Shown here piece after piece: positions 1 to 12,704 of a stretch of 64,000 nucleotides of DNA. The translations under genes were made by a program, and so were the position numbers. The stretch lies in contig NC_089430.1 of the NCBI RefSeq assembly GCF_026210795.1, positions 3,162,001-3,226,000 of the forward strand, in the 5' to 3' direction. The notes under the pieces are model-generated. The model was not told the origin of the DNA, made no database searches, and worked only from the letters and a program-made list of their open reading frames with translations. Origin of the DNA: Rhizophagus irregularis. Taxonomy: Eukaryota. Positions within the stretch are counted from its first letter, which is position 1; the number at the start of each line of letters is the position of its first letter.

Positions 1-239
1 TTTTTAATAAAATGGCCTGTTGTTAAAAAAATATAACAGTAAAGGCCAAAAAAAAATTTTTATTGAATAAAACAGTTTGTTATAGACCAAAAAAAATTAT
101 TTTATTTTTTTCTTTCAATAAAATGGTTTGTTAAAAGTCAAAAAATTGAAAAAAAATTATCTATTATCAATCAGATTAGCCGTCAATTACGTATTTTCAA
201 AAATTTATGTATTATACTATGCATAATGCTGCTTATTAA

Positions 240-495
240 GGAATTCCAAGGCATTATGCTGCTAATTAATAGAAAATCGCTGGAATTCCAAGGCGTTATG
301 CTGCTAATTAGTAGAAAATCGCTAGAATTCTAAGCGTTATGCTACTAATTAGTAGAAAATCGCTGGAATTCCAAGGCGTTATGCTGCTAATTAGTAGAAA
401 ATCGCTGAAATTCCAAGGCGTTATACTGCTAATTAGTAAAAAATTGCTGGAATTCTAAGGCGTTATGCTGCTAATTAGTAGAAGACCGCTGAAAT
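240..495. repeat. 42-bp minisatellite, about 6 copies
   Basis: Unit GGAATTCCAAGGCGTTATGCTGCTAATTAGTAGAAAATCGCT repeated head-to-tail with few substitutions and no spacers. Confidence 0.95.
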
Positions 496-1251
496 TATAT
501 ATATATATATATTTTATTAAAAAATACCATTGACTATGCAAATTAAAATATATGACATATATAAAAATGATTGTTATTATGCAAACTATATATATAACCT
601 TTTAAAAAATCTCAAAATCTATGCAAATAAAATTTTATGACTTTTGGAAATTTTACTAATATGGTTAAGCAAACTTACATGTGACCTTTATATGTATTTT
701 TTGGGGTTTTATTTTAATACTGCAATTCACTTTTTATATATAAAATCGATATAAAAAAGTGAATTTCAATACCACTATTCACTTTTTATATATAAAATCA
801 ATATAAAAAAGCGAATTCCAATATTGCAATTCACTTTTATTATATAAAATCAATATAAAAGTGAATTATAATCACTACTCTTTATTATATAAAATCGTAG
901 TTTCGAATTCGACAGGGTCGTTCGAGTTATATTAATGTTACGAAGGCGATGCTGAATTGCAATTGCTAAACCTGATCTGAAAAATTCAGGTCAACTTGTC
1001 AGGTTACCTGAATTTGGTCGGTCAACCTGTTCAGAACTCTAATCAATTATATTTAATTACAATATTTTTTAAATAGTGTTTAAAATTATTATTAGCTTTA
1101 TATAGAATTTATACTAAATTATCTTAATTAAAAAATTTATAAAAATAAATTAAGAAATTTTTTTTACAGTTATTATACATAAAATAAATATTTTTTTTTT
1201 TTTATTGCAATACATTTAATATTTTATTAATCAAAATTTTTATATTAATAT

Positions 1252-1716
1252 CACAGGTCGAAAAGTGAAAAATCAGGCATCAATCAGTCACCAATCAGGC
1301 AGTTTGCTAACTTTTGATCCAGTGATCAGAAAAAAATGAAATATAGCTCATTGGAATCGTCTCAACAAGACGAATCTAATGGTAGTAAGATCATATTTTT
1401 AGGATTAATAGTTAATAAAATATTAAATAAAATATAAATGATACATTTTTATTTTTATATTTTACTTAATTTCTCATCAAGTATTAATCCTAGAAATGCG
1501 GTTTTACTACCATTAGATTCGTCTTGTTGAGAGATGATTCCAATGAGCTATATTTCATTTTTTTCTGATCACTGGATCAAAAGTTAGCAAACTGCCTGAT
1601 TGGTGACGGTATTTGGCGAAAATGCCAATCAGTCACCAATCGGTCACCAATCAGCTACCTGATTGGTGACCAATTGGTGACTGATTGATGCCTAATTTTT
1701 CACTTTTCGACCTGCG
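1252..1716. mobile_element. Non-autonomous CACTA/CMC-like foldback MITE (CACAGG termini, 3-bp TSD), copy 1
   Basis: Starts CACAGGTCGAAAAGTGAAAAATCAGGCATC and ends GATGCCTAATTTTTCACTTTTCGACCTGCG, with TAT on both flanks. The interior is a long palindrome. Sister copies at 11210 and 40322. Confidence 0.85.
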
Positions 1717-1813
1717 TATATTGTACAATGATCAAATACAAAAAAAAAAAAGAAAAATATAATTAAGTACTAAACTACTTATCATTTAATAAATAGACTC
1801 CACATATGCACTA

Positions 1814-2067
1814 TTACATCAGTAAGATGAATACCAGTGGTGTAGGGTCAACCACCTGTGTGGTGTATGGTGATATTTAGCGGTGTGTAACAGTGTGTAA
1901 AATAAGGAATGTGAACTATACACAGGTGATTAATAGCATTTCGACCCACTCCAAATCACGTGTTTGGCCCGTCGTGTTATTTATCACCTGTATAAACTGT
2001 CACATAGGAGACCATACACTACACATCTTCTTGATCCTACACCACTTATCTCCGTAGCATTCCTGTT
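1814..2067 (+). ncRNA. Candidate structured-RNA insertion (rod-like fold) flanked by a 12-bp direct repeat
   Basis: Six nested helices with G.U pairs on the + strand. ACATATGC(A/G)CTA at 1802-1813 and 2068-2079. GC-richer than its surroundings. Confidence 0.5.
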
Positions 2068-3922
2068 ACATATGCGCTAATTTATACCATAACCCTAAAT
2101 TTTTGAGATAACCCCAAATTTTTATAGCCAATAATAATGATGGTCAATCATCTGACACATTTAGTGTCAATGCTAATCACCAAAAGTTACTATGCAGTAT
2201 TTTTCAAATTTTCTGTTATTTATAATACTAAAGCGATCTGTTGCACAATTTTTTAACGCCAACTTTTTTATTTTACGCGTTTTACTGTATTTCAATGTCA
2301 AATTCTAAGCAAAGACCTTATGAGCAGGAAAACTATCCTGCTTCACCTGAAATAATATATTATGGTGACCAGAAATTTAGCTATACCGTTATTCAAGAAG
2401 GTGTTTACCCACTAATTGCATAATTGAAGTTTACAGAAGCGCCCAATTATTTTTCTGTACCTGACAATTATATTATTAAAACTACCTGGGGCCGGTCTAA
2501 TAACTGTCAAACTATTTAATGTTTCATATATTATATAGAAGGTAATCCACATTACTTAATTTGTTTTGGAAATAATTTTCAGCATCAAATTGTTTTAGTT
2601 CAATCTATATTTGATGCTTTCATTGAATTACATAATGTAAGTTTTAATTCAATTATATTTTTATTTTTTATATAAGCTCGCAAAGAAAATAATTTAATAT
2701 GTAATTATTTTATCAGATAATAATTTCAAATAAGAAAACTGCAGTTTCTGGAGTTCATCTCTATAGACTTCAATTAAAATGTATTGATAGAAATCGCAAA
2801 AGTAAACTATGGGCATTAAAACTTCATGATGAATCAAGTAAAACTACACAAATCAGATATGCTAAAGGCCTTGCAAAATGTGTACAAATAAACTTTAAAA
2901 ATTCAATTCAAGATTACTACAATCCTAAAGACCGCGTTGTTTTAAAGACATTGGAATTTACTGTACAAAATAAGGATTATTATATAACATTTGGAGAAAA
3001 AAACCCTAATAAACAAAACCAAAAATTGCAATCAGTGGTTTGTATACAAAAATATTCTATGTGATGTATATTGCTATTTTGCAGTTATGGAATTAAAATT
3101 ACCTCAGGAGTATGCTGTTTCTCAAACTCACCAAAAGATTGATGTACATATAGAACAATTAATACCAATTAATTTTGTTGACTTAACTCCAACTATTATA
3201 TCTAATTTTTCAGAAGAATCTGACATAACTGATCTGATAATTGTTGAGCAAGTTAACAGTGCAATTAGTAAAGATGCATATCAGAGTATTAAAAAAATTC
3301 TTAAATATATAATACCAGCATATATTCAAAATGAAAAATTAGATCCAACATCGCCAATTATTCATCTTCATATATCTGGTGATGGTCGTAACGTTAAACG
3401 AAAGGTAAAACACATTATGATCACTATAGCATTATTAGATGATTCAGCAAAACTTTTTGAGCCAAATTACCATTATACAGTTATTCTTTTCCAGAAACTG
3501 AAAATTATTCAACCTTAAAAATTGCAGCAGATACTTTTATTTGAGAATTGCAAGAGCTGAGCAGTATTAGAATGGTCATTAATAATATAGTTTGGAACTT
3601 TAAGCTTTATTTTAGCTTTGATTGGAAGTTTTTTGCCACCTACTTAGGTTTTAACGCTGCAAACTCCAATTATTTTTATCCATAGTGTGAGATAACTAAG
3701 AATCAATGTGAAGATAGGCAAACTGAATGGATAATTAGTAAAAAGATGAGTATTTTGAATGAAAATCCAAAAGCATATCCAAGTCATCACTCGCCTCCAC
3801 TTTTTAATATGATTCTACTTGACCATTATGTATTAAATAAACTCCATATTATGTTACGTATTACTGATTGTTTATAGGAATTAGTGCAAGAAATCAAAAA
3901 TAAGGAATTATTTAATGATATA

Positions 3923-4094
3923 CAGTCAACTCTTGTTATAACGAACCCTAAGTTCTAGACCTCAACTTTGCTATAGGGCTATAATGAAGATTTTAAGAGA
4001 TTTAATTAGTTAATTTGTTATAGTAAGGGGAAATTTATTATAGTTGTTTGAAAAATTCACTATATCAAGAGTTTGCTATATCAAGGTTTAACTG
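3923..4094. mobile_element. Short pogo/mariner-like MITE (TA|CAGTCAAC...TTAACTG|TA)
   Basis: Imperfect TIRs and TA flanks. It interrupts the RAG1-like pseudogene. Confidence 0.7.
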
Positions 4095-4169
4095 TAACTT
4101 AAAATATTATAATTAAAGAGATGAAACCCTTATAAATCTGATTTGAATTTTGGAAAATTCGTAATACTA

Positions 4170-4691
4170 CATCAGGAAATTTGTTTAGGCGTAATTTAGT
4201 GTAATATTTCGAAGGTGGTGTAAAATTTCGAAATATTACACTAAAAACGTAATATTACAAAAGTTTACGCTCTTAAATTTGAATAATTATAGTAATTTAA
4301 GAATATCTCACTATCTACTGATCCAATCAAGACGATCTATAGCTCATTGGAATCAGCTCATCAAGACGAATCGAATGGTAGTAAAATCGTATCTTTACGT
4401 TCGATAGATGATTTTCTATTAATTTAAAACTTTACTGCATACTATAGAGCGTTCTATCAACTGTAGAAATGCGATTTTACTACCATTCGATCCGTCTTGA
4501 TGAGCTGATTCCAATGAGTTATAGATTGTCTTGATTGGATCAGTAGATAGCAAGATATTCTTAAATTACTATAATTATTCAAATTTAAGAGCGTAAACTT
4601 TTGTAATATTACGTTTTTAGTGTAATATTTCGAAATTTTACACCACCTTCAAAATATTACACTAAATTACGCCTAAACAAATTTCCTGATG
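4170..4691. mobile_element. Near-perfect 522-bp foldback MITE (TA|CATCAGGAAATTTG...CAAATTTCCTGATG|TA)
   Basis: Arms of more than 200 bp are almost exact reverse complements, with a TA TSD. Each arm carries the shared palindromic motif. Confidence 0.9.
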
Positions 4692-7068
4692 TAATAATTA
4701 GTATTATACTTCCCTTAAGCTTTGTGTTTTTCAAAAATTTAATTTGGCTAAGCTTTTTGATCCAGAATGTGCTGCATTAATTAAAAGCTTATGAAATGGA
4801 TTTGCTGAATTGTATGACTTTTTGGGAGAAAAAGAAACAAATCCACACTATTTTCGCTTAAAAGCAAAAGAATGGTATGAGTTATTTTTAAAAAAAACTG
4901 TGGTGAATCCTGAAACTAATCATATTATTTTAGTACAAGGACTTTACCGATCTTCAGATTTAACTCCTTATATTTATGTCTTAGTGTCGCATATTTGGAA
5001 ATTTATACTTAAATTCTTTTTCGTGCAGTGCTGTTGAAAAAAAAAATCATAATCATGTTTCTTACTTTTTTCGTAAAACTCTTAAGAATGGTAGAAAGTT
5101 TCAAAATAAAACTTCAGCTATTTGAGAGATTATGGAACATGAAAATTAGCTTTTTTTTTATACTCAAAATAATATTTTTCTTTTATATCCTAAACCTCAA
5201 TATATTCATATTTTATAGATTTTAATATTTTATATAGAATATTTTTGTAAATATATTAATATTTTTTGGCAATTATTGTGATAAAAAAAAAAATATTGTG
5301 TATTTATTTATAAATCAGTGTGACAAAATTTGCATCACTCTATAATAAGTTTAAATTTATTTTTGTCATTGTACTTAGAGATTTTGTTCAGATCACCCCT
5401 GATGATTTCATTAAACGTCATCTTAATAATGTAATCACATGATTTGCATAAACTTTTATTAGACTTTCATAATTTTTTCCCACGATTGGTTTTCCTTTTC
5501 CCTTTTGTTTCAAATATTTTTTTTAATAACTCTTTTCGTCTTTAATAACATTAAAATAAGTAAGTAAAGCTGATTTGTTTCTTTAATTTTTTTTTTCATT
5601 ATTTTATAAATATTAATGTTTCTAACATTTCTGATAAATTTTTTAGTCTAAATGTTTAATTATTTTTATATGAAAAATGTGTGATTTTAATAATGAATAT
5701 GAAACCAACATTGAATACAATTATCTTAATAACCAGAATGAGACTTCTGAAGAGTCATCTGTCCAACAAACTCTCCCTCCTCGTGTTGGAATTTCTAAGG
5801 GACGATCACTTGAAAAATTGATTATACCTGATAGTGCTTTTGACCAGGCTTCTAAATTAAGTGTTGGAATGCAATTTGAAAACTGGAACCATGCTAATTT
5901 AGTATTATTGGCTTATGGACAACAGATTGGCTTTGTATGGAGGATTCAAGATAAATACTTAGATAAAAATGGAGGTGTATATAAGTATGTATTTGAATGT
6001 AGACACGCGGAAATATTCAAATCAAAAAAAACAGCAACAGATCCTTCAAAACAACGCAATAGGGAATCAATCAAAACTGGCTGTACTTGTTTTATAAATA
6101 TGTGCTGGCCACTTAAGTCACAATGTCCTTCGATTACCAAGATGAATCTCACACATGATGGACATTCACTTAATCCAGAAATGATTCAATTTGCTAATGT
6201 TTATCGACAAATTCCTCAAGATATAATGAATAAAATTGAATTTTATGTGAATACAATTCATGGGATTAATCAACACACGTTAAGGCAACTTCTTCAAGGT
6301 GAATTTAAGGATCACCTTTTTCTTGATAGAGATTTGGCCAATGCTATTCAACAATTCTGAAGAAATCATATAAATTCTGAACAGGATCCTGAGAATGATG
6401 CTTCTAATCTTTTTAAAGAGTTACAAAAAATGAAGGAAGATGATCCTACATGGTTCATAACTTATCAATGTGTTAAGAATCGTCTTTTTCATCTATTCTG
6501 GATGAGCCCTCATCAACAAACTCTTTATCTAAGGCATCATGACGTTATTTTGACAGATAATACAGCACGAACCAATAAGTATCATTTATTATTGTGTTTG
6601 TTTGTAGGTGTTGATGAACATCGCCATTCAAGAGTAATAGCTCAGGCATTAATGTCTGATGAAACTACTTCATCATATATGTGGGTTCTTAATAATTTTT
6701 TAGCAGCAACAAATTATTTAGCACCAAGAACAATTTTTTCCGATTGTGATACTGGATTAGAACCAGCTATAGAATCTGTTTTTCCAACAACATGATATTT
6801 ACATTGTATCTTTCATATAGCTTTGAATATTAAAAAGAATCTAATGCGCTTACTTGGTTCCCAATTCACTGCATTTAAAAATGATTTTTTTATTTGCCGC
6901 AATACATTATTTGAAGAAATTTTCGAAACATGATTTATTTCTTTATGTACGAACTTTCCAGAAGCTGCACCATATTTGAAAAATGTTTTATATCCAATTA
7001 AGAAACGCTGGGCTAAATGTTTTACTTTTAAGGTAAATATTTATCATAAAATCTGAGTTGCGTTAGAA

Positions 7069-7206
7069 TTAGGGTTAGGGTTATGGTTAGGGTTAGATTA
7101 GGGTTAGGGTTAGATTAGGGTTAGGGTTAGATTAGGGTTAGGATTAAGATGGGTTAGATTAGGTTCAGATTAGGGTTAGGGTTAGGTTAGGGTTGGTTAG
7201 TTTAGG
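7069..7206 (+). repeat. Interstitial telomere-like (TTAGGG)n tract in a transposase intron
   Basis: TTAGGG/TTAGA variants, with a higher-order unit TTAGGGTTAGGGTTAGA. Confidence 0.9.
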
Positions 7207-8392
7207 TCAAAAAATAGTATTAATTGAATTTTTTATCAATATTTGTAGGAGTTTAATGCTGGAATGTTTTCTACTCAACGCGTAGAATCTATCAATGCTA
7301 TTATTCATAAATTTATGAATTCACATTCAACTTTATTAAAATGCTTCAATGGATTACAGGAAATGTTAGCTTCAGAACTTCAAAAAGCTGAATATCGAGA
7401 TTATTTAGCCAATTTGCCTTTTATTATTGCTTCTTCTTCAGCAATTCGTGTCTTTCCAAAATTGGTTGAGAATTTAAGAAGTGTTTTAACTGATGAAGTT
7501 TTTTCTATCCAAAAGACTCAAATTGATGTTTGTTTTGAATACTATTCAAAATTAATTCCTTCTGATCAATACCATATGTATAATAATGTAAGTTTATATA
7601 TTTTTTTGTTTAGTAAAATATTTTTATTATCCATTTGGTATTAATATTGAATTTTTTTTTAATTAAAGATTAATGATTTTGATACTTCTGTTTGTCTTGA
7701 AGATTGCACAGATAAATGTCAAATTGCACTTAAGTCTCTAATTAGTGACGTAAATCTTACTAATGTTATAGAAATTTGGGAAGTTAAACACATGGCAGTT
7801 AATACAACGTCAGTAAATTACGTGGCATTATTTCAAGATCATTCTCATATTTGTACATGTTTACTTTTGACTAGTGAAGGTTTGGTTTGCCACCACTTTT
7901 TTCAAGTGATGTTACGAACACAAAAAGCACAGTTTACATTTAATTTGTTAAAGAGTCGGTGGTATAAAAAAGGTGTTGATCTACAGAAAATCAATGCTTT
8001 AGATAAATCCGCTAACTTTGTGATTGATACTGGGAGTGAAAGTTCATTAACTTTTATATGTGAAATTCATATTAATGAAGAAGATCTCTTAAGCAATAAT
8101 TCTGAAGTTGAACATTTTATCAATAAACGTCAGATTTATGGAGAATGTGCAGCATTAGGACGAAAGTTAGCATCCTTAGCATCTGAATTCAACTTAGCAC
8201 ATATTGCAGCTACATTACGAGGTTTAATTCAAGAAGTGAAACTATCTAATAATCCTGTTAATAAGCAAGATCAAGAAATGATTCGTAATCCATTGCAAGT
8301 TAATGCAAAAGGAAGGCCTGCTAAAAGATTGAAATCTTCTGGGGAAAATTCTATGGGCAATAGATCTATTAATCGTTCTGGTGATGGATATA

Positions 8393-8954
8393 CACTACCC
8401 TCCCAAAAGTATCCGGTCAAATAATAAAGATTATATTTTTATTAATAATAATTAGTATTTAGTTGGCCATCCATTGTTTTTAATGCATGCTTCAATTCGA
8501 CGTAGCATGCTCTCAATTAAATTAATATAAGTTTCGGATGGAATTCTTTCCCACTCTTCTTTTAGCTGTTAATCCAGTCGTGTCCTAAAATTTCCAAAAA
8601 GTACTATTACAGACACGATTGTTCGATACAAGAATTTTAATTCTGATAGCTTCATGTTCTTTCTAAAGGCCAATAATTTGCTCAAAACTCACTCAACTCA
8701 CGAGTTTTTCCCATTTTAAAATAGCCAAGTGGCGTAGTGAACAAAAAAAGTAAAGATCGTCATTGGCAAAATTAAGGCGTTATTATTTGTTTTAATCGCC
8801 AAATCTGGTACATGCATCATAACACAATAAAAATACATCCATTTTAATCTTGAGAATTAGGGGAATTGGTTTTTTTTAAAAAAAATGATAATTTATATAT
8901 TCAATTTTGAGAAAATCGAAAAGAGCTTGACCGGATACTTTTTGGAGGGTAGTG
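8393..8954 (-). mobile_element. Internally deleted Tc1 element
   Basis: TIRs CACTACCCTCCCAAAAGTATCCGGTCAA / TTGACCGGATACTTTTTGGAGGGTAGTG with a TA TSD. The minus strand retains a Tc1 N-terminus (MGKTRELSEFE) and C-terminus (EEWERIPSETYINLIESMLRRIEACIKNNGWPTKY). Confidence 0.92.
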
Positions 8955-9399
8955 TACATGTCGCAATTGTCTTAAAGATGGCCATAATTCACGAAGCTGC
9001 AGTGCACCATGTAAAATTTGTAAGGAATCTGGACATAATTATTTACGTTGTCCAAACAAGGAGAATGTATAATTAACTTGTATTATTACTGCAAAAATTC
9101 TTTATTAATTAGTTACATTGTTAATCATATCTTTATTAATCATGTACAAATTTCTTGTAAATTAATATTAATTAATTGATTGTAATAATTATTTGCGATA
9201 TTTTAATAAAAATATATATGAATACATGATTTATATACTGCGCCAAACGAGGATGGTATTTTAAGAAATCATCGGGGATGGTGGATAAAATTACTCTTGT
9301 ACTTAAAATATATTTAGAAATCAATTTTTATTTATTATATATATATACGTGTGATAAAAAATTTTAATAAATTTTTCTACTAATAAAACAAAACAATTA

Positions 9400-10015
9400 A
9401 ATATCTATTTAAATTTGTTTTACCCAAAAATGCATATATATAAAACCCGCTTCACAATAATTTTCTTTTGCATTCTTTTTAGCTTTAATCTTTCATTCAA
9501 TAGTGATTTCTCCAGGATTATATTTTGATTTGCACCTTTTAGTAGTTATACCTTCAGCACAATTGGCCACAATATCTAATGGATTATTTTTTAAATGTTG
9601 AAGTGGATTATTAAACAAGACAATATAGGTTTGATCATAAGATCTTTGATCTCATAATGGATTATTTAAGATTTCACTTAATGTTTGATATCCAATAGTG
9701 CCTTGGAAAATACATTTGTAAATATTTTTATTGCTATGATGGTGAATATATCTTTTGAAAATATCAAAAAACTGATGCTCAATACAAGCAAGAGATACTA
9801 ATTGACAACCTCCCCTTTTAAACCTATTTGGAAGTTTGCAATGAATTAAATAAACCAGGATATTTTTAAAATTTTTATTATTTATTTCTGACAAATTATC
9901 TGAATTATTTTGCAGAATGTTATATTTTTTCACAATAGTCAAATATCGTGAAAATCTGCTTTGCTTCTTGAATATTTTTTGACAAGCAGAACAGGAAAAT
10001 TCTGATGTAGTTATG
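9400..10015 (-). pseudogene. Degenerate hypothetical protein with N-terminal C2H2-like zinc finger remnant
   Basis: FSCSACQKIFKKQSRFSRYL, followed by stops. The ORF-track N-terminus comes from the adjacent MITE. Confidence 0.5.
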
Positions 10016-10021
10016 AATATA

Positions 10022-10437
10022 CATGAAGTCGAAATTAAAGTCCAAAAGTAGAAATATTTCGACTTGGGAAGGTCAAAAGTCGAAATTAAAGTCAAAATAG
10101 TTGAAATTACATTATAGTCATGTGATTTTTATAATTATAATTTAATATAAAATTTTAACTGTAAATAACTCCGTCAATATTGATGCTACAAATATAAAAT
10201 ATATATCATTAGAATCCTCTCAATGAGCTGAATCCAACCGTATAAAGATCATAAAAATTGAATCACTGGATGCGGAGTTCATTCATTAACTTTGAATTTT
10301 AATATCATTGTTTACTATAAAATCATATGACTATGATGTAATTTTGACTATTTCAATTTTTGGAGGGGTTCAAGTCAAAATCATTTTGACCATTTTGACC
10401 ATTTCAGAGGTCAAAATTAACCAATTTTGGTTTCATG
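10022..10437. mobile_element. TA-flanked MITE with short CATGAA termini, uninterrupted copy
   Basis: TA|CATGAAG...TTTCATG|TA with subterminal GTCAAAA/TTTTGAC repeats. Homologous copy at 39724-40524. Confidence 0.8.
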
Positions 10438-10444
10438 TATATAG

Positions 10445-10785
10445 ATGATCGCCATCATAGTACAATTGGAAAGTATTATCTGTTATCGCACATATATATG
10501 TTCTTACAGTCATATCTATAAATCAAATTCTACTAAAGATACTGTTACAAAAAAAATTAGTTGTCCATTTATTGTTAATGCATCAAGCCCAACGTTAAAA
10601 AATCCTAAGGAATATATGTTTATTAATAAGATAGTTGAACAACATAACTATTCTTTAAATATATCAATAGTTAAATTTGAAAATTCTAGAAAATTTACTG
10701 ATTCAATGATTGAAGATATTAAATTTATGACAGTTTCTTGTAAGTTTAATACTACAGTGCAAAGAAAATTCCTTGCAAAACAGCA
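10445..10785 (+). pseudogene. FAR1/MULE DNA-binding domain fragment
   Basis: TKKISCPFIVNAS...INKIVEQHNYSL...IEDIKFM resembles the FAR1 WRKY-like domain. Confidence 0.65.
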
Positions 10786-11209
10786 AATTAGTACTCATTC
10801 AAAACACTATTTTTACTAAAGATATTTATTAATTGTTTATTAAGATTAGAGACAATAGCTTTTTAAGTAATTTTAAAAAGCATTATAAGTCTTATATTTG
10901 ACAAATTATTATTGTAAATTTAGGTTTAGGGATAAGGTAGATAGTAATATATCTTTAACCTTTAGGAATAATATTTAATTTAATATAACAATTAACAATT
11001 AATAAGATCAAGCAATTGATATGAAATTTATCGCTAAAATGGTTTAATATTTTATTAGAAATGTTAAAAGATCCAAATATCTTATTAGTAGAAAGCAAAT
11101 AAACTGTTTCTTTTCATTTATTTATTGTAATATAATCCATCAAATTATTGTAAATATTATCATTAACATTAATTTTTTAATAATAACAGTTCTATTTCTT
11201 ATTACCTTT

Positions 11210-11698
11210 CACAAGTCAAAAAGTGAAAAATCAGATATCAATTAGTCACGAATCAGGCAGTTTGCTAACTTTTGATTCAGTGATTGGAAAAGGATAAAAT
11301 ATAGCTTATTGGAATCGTCTCAATAAGACGAATCTAATAGTAGTAAAATTGCATTTTTAAGATTAATAGTTAATAAAAAATTAAATAAAATATAAATGAT
11401 ATATTTTTATTTTTATATTTTACTTAATTTCTCATCATCAAGTATTAATCCTAGAAATGCAATTTTACTACTATTAGATTCGTCTATTCCAATAAGCTAT
11501 ATTTTATCCTTTTCTGATTACTGAATCAAAAGTTAATAAACTGCCTGATTGGTGACGATATTTGGTGAAAATGCCAATCAGTCATCAATTAGTCACCAAT
11601 TAGTTACCAATCAGCTACCTGATTAGTGACCGATTGGTGACTGATTGGTAACCAATTGGTGACTAATTGATACCCGATTTTTCACTTTTTGACTTGTG
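11210..11698. mobile_element. CACTA/CMC-like foldback MITE, copy 2
   Basis: Colinear with 1252-1716. CACAAG...CTTGTG termini with TTT on both flanks. Confidence 0.85.
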
Positions 11699-12470
11699 TT
11701 TAAGAACAGAAGATTTATTAGTATTGATTACTATTTAAAAGTATTTGTTAACTTTTTTTTTTGTTTAATAATATATCATTACTATTGTTATCTTTTTTAT
11801 ACATTTTGTTAATAATAACAGAATCCTAGATATTATATATATAACTTAGAGGTAAACTTTTCGCAAATTGGCCTTAAATTTCAAAAAAAATCAGTATTTT
11901 GTGATTATCTCAGTATTCAGTAGTCTAATTTATGTGAATATTTTTTTGTTTTGTAGTTCTCATCAAGTTTTACAAAATAAAAAAATCTGTATAAATCAGA
12001 TTACTGAATGCTGAGATAATTGCAAAAAACTGAAAATAAAAAAAAAAACAAATTAGATTTTTTTTGGCAAAAAATCAGTTATGAGTTTTATAAAAGATGT
12101 TTAAGATTCTATAATAACAATACATTATTCTTTTTCAGTAATCAAATTGATCATTTTTTTCTTATTTGATTTATAATCATCATATTAATTATTAATAAAT
12201 TCTTTGATTTGTTTAACTTTTTTCTAAATAACAAGTTCTATATATTTAACTAACAAGATAGTTTGAATAAATTGTAAACCTTAATAAATAAACCTTAATA
12301 AACATTAGTTAAATTGGAAATATCTAACTTATTGTTAATAATAGATAATACTTTTATATTATCTTTACAATATTTTGCAAAATTTGAATTTTATGATAAT
12401 ATATAAATGGTTCTAAAATTTAAATAAATTTAAATCATTGGGATGATAATATATATGTATATATTATGAC

Positions 12471-12704
12471 TAAAGTTGCTGGAGAAACTAGAGGGTTTTG
12501 GCAAGTTGGTGAAATGCCGAAATGGCAAAACTTTACTGAAACTATATGAAAGTCTTATTAAAAAGTTGGCAAAACTCTGGAGAAAAGCGAAACCTGACGA
12601 AACTTATTATAAATGCTGAAACTGCCGAAATCTTGCCGAAACTATAGTAAAATTTTGGAGAAACTAATCATAGAATTTTGGAGAGGTTTAGGCAGGCAAC
12701 CTTA
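12471..12704. mobile_element. hAT-like MITE
   Basis: TAAAGTTGC...GCAACCTTA termini, an 8-bp TSD ATTATGAC/ATTATAAC (7/8), and internal GCCGAAA/GGAGAAA subrepeats. Confidence 0.75.

Larger units (their letters stand above)
2293..5200 (+). pseudogene. Degenerate RAG1/Transib-like DDE transposase-family gene
   Basis: Fragments include IHLHISGDGRNVKRKVKHIMIT (SGDG motif), a DWKF-like segment with a following CxxC remnant, KLHIMLRITD and TPYIYVLVSHI. Many stops and frameshifts, an intron near 2636-2717, and two MITE insertions. Family assignment is from motif recall. Confidence 0.6.
5677..9072 (+). pseudogene. FAR1/MULE transposase pseudogene (FAR1 DNA-binding, MULE DDE, SWIM, two C-terminal zinc knuckles)
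   Basis: Motifs FECRH...KTGC...HDGH, DNTARTNKY, SDCD, HCIFH, STQRVESIN and CTC...CHH. Introns about 7033-7248 and 7588-7668. In-frame TGA stops near 6358, 6793 and 6932. A Tc1 insertion splits the last exon. Confidence 0.9.
5378..9296 (+). mobile_element. Full-length Mutator-like element (MULE) with 9-bp TSD
   Basis: TTGTACTTA at 5369-5377 and 9297-9305. Imperfect TIRs GAGATTTTGTTCAGATCACCCCTGATGATTTC / GAAATCATCGGGGATGGTGGATAAAATTACTC. Contains a FAR1-type transposase. Confidence 0.92.

Noticed and set aside
240..495. Possible CRISPR array or repeat-protein ORF
   Set aside because: The units are contiguous with no unique spacers, one unit has a 1-bp deletion, and there is no start codon or cas context. 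It is a minisatellite.
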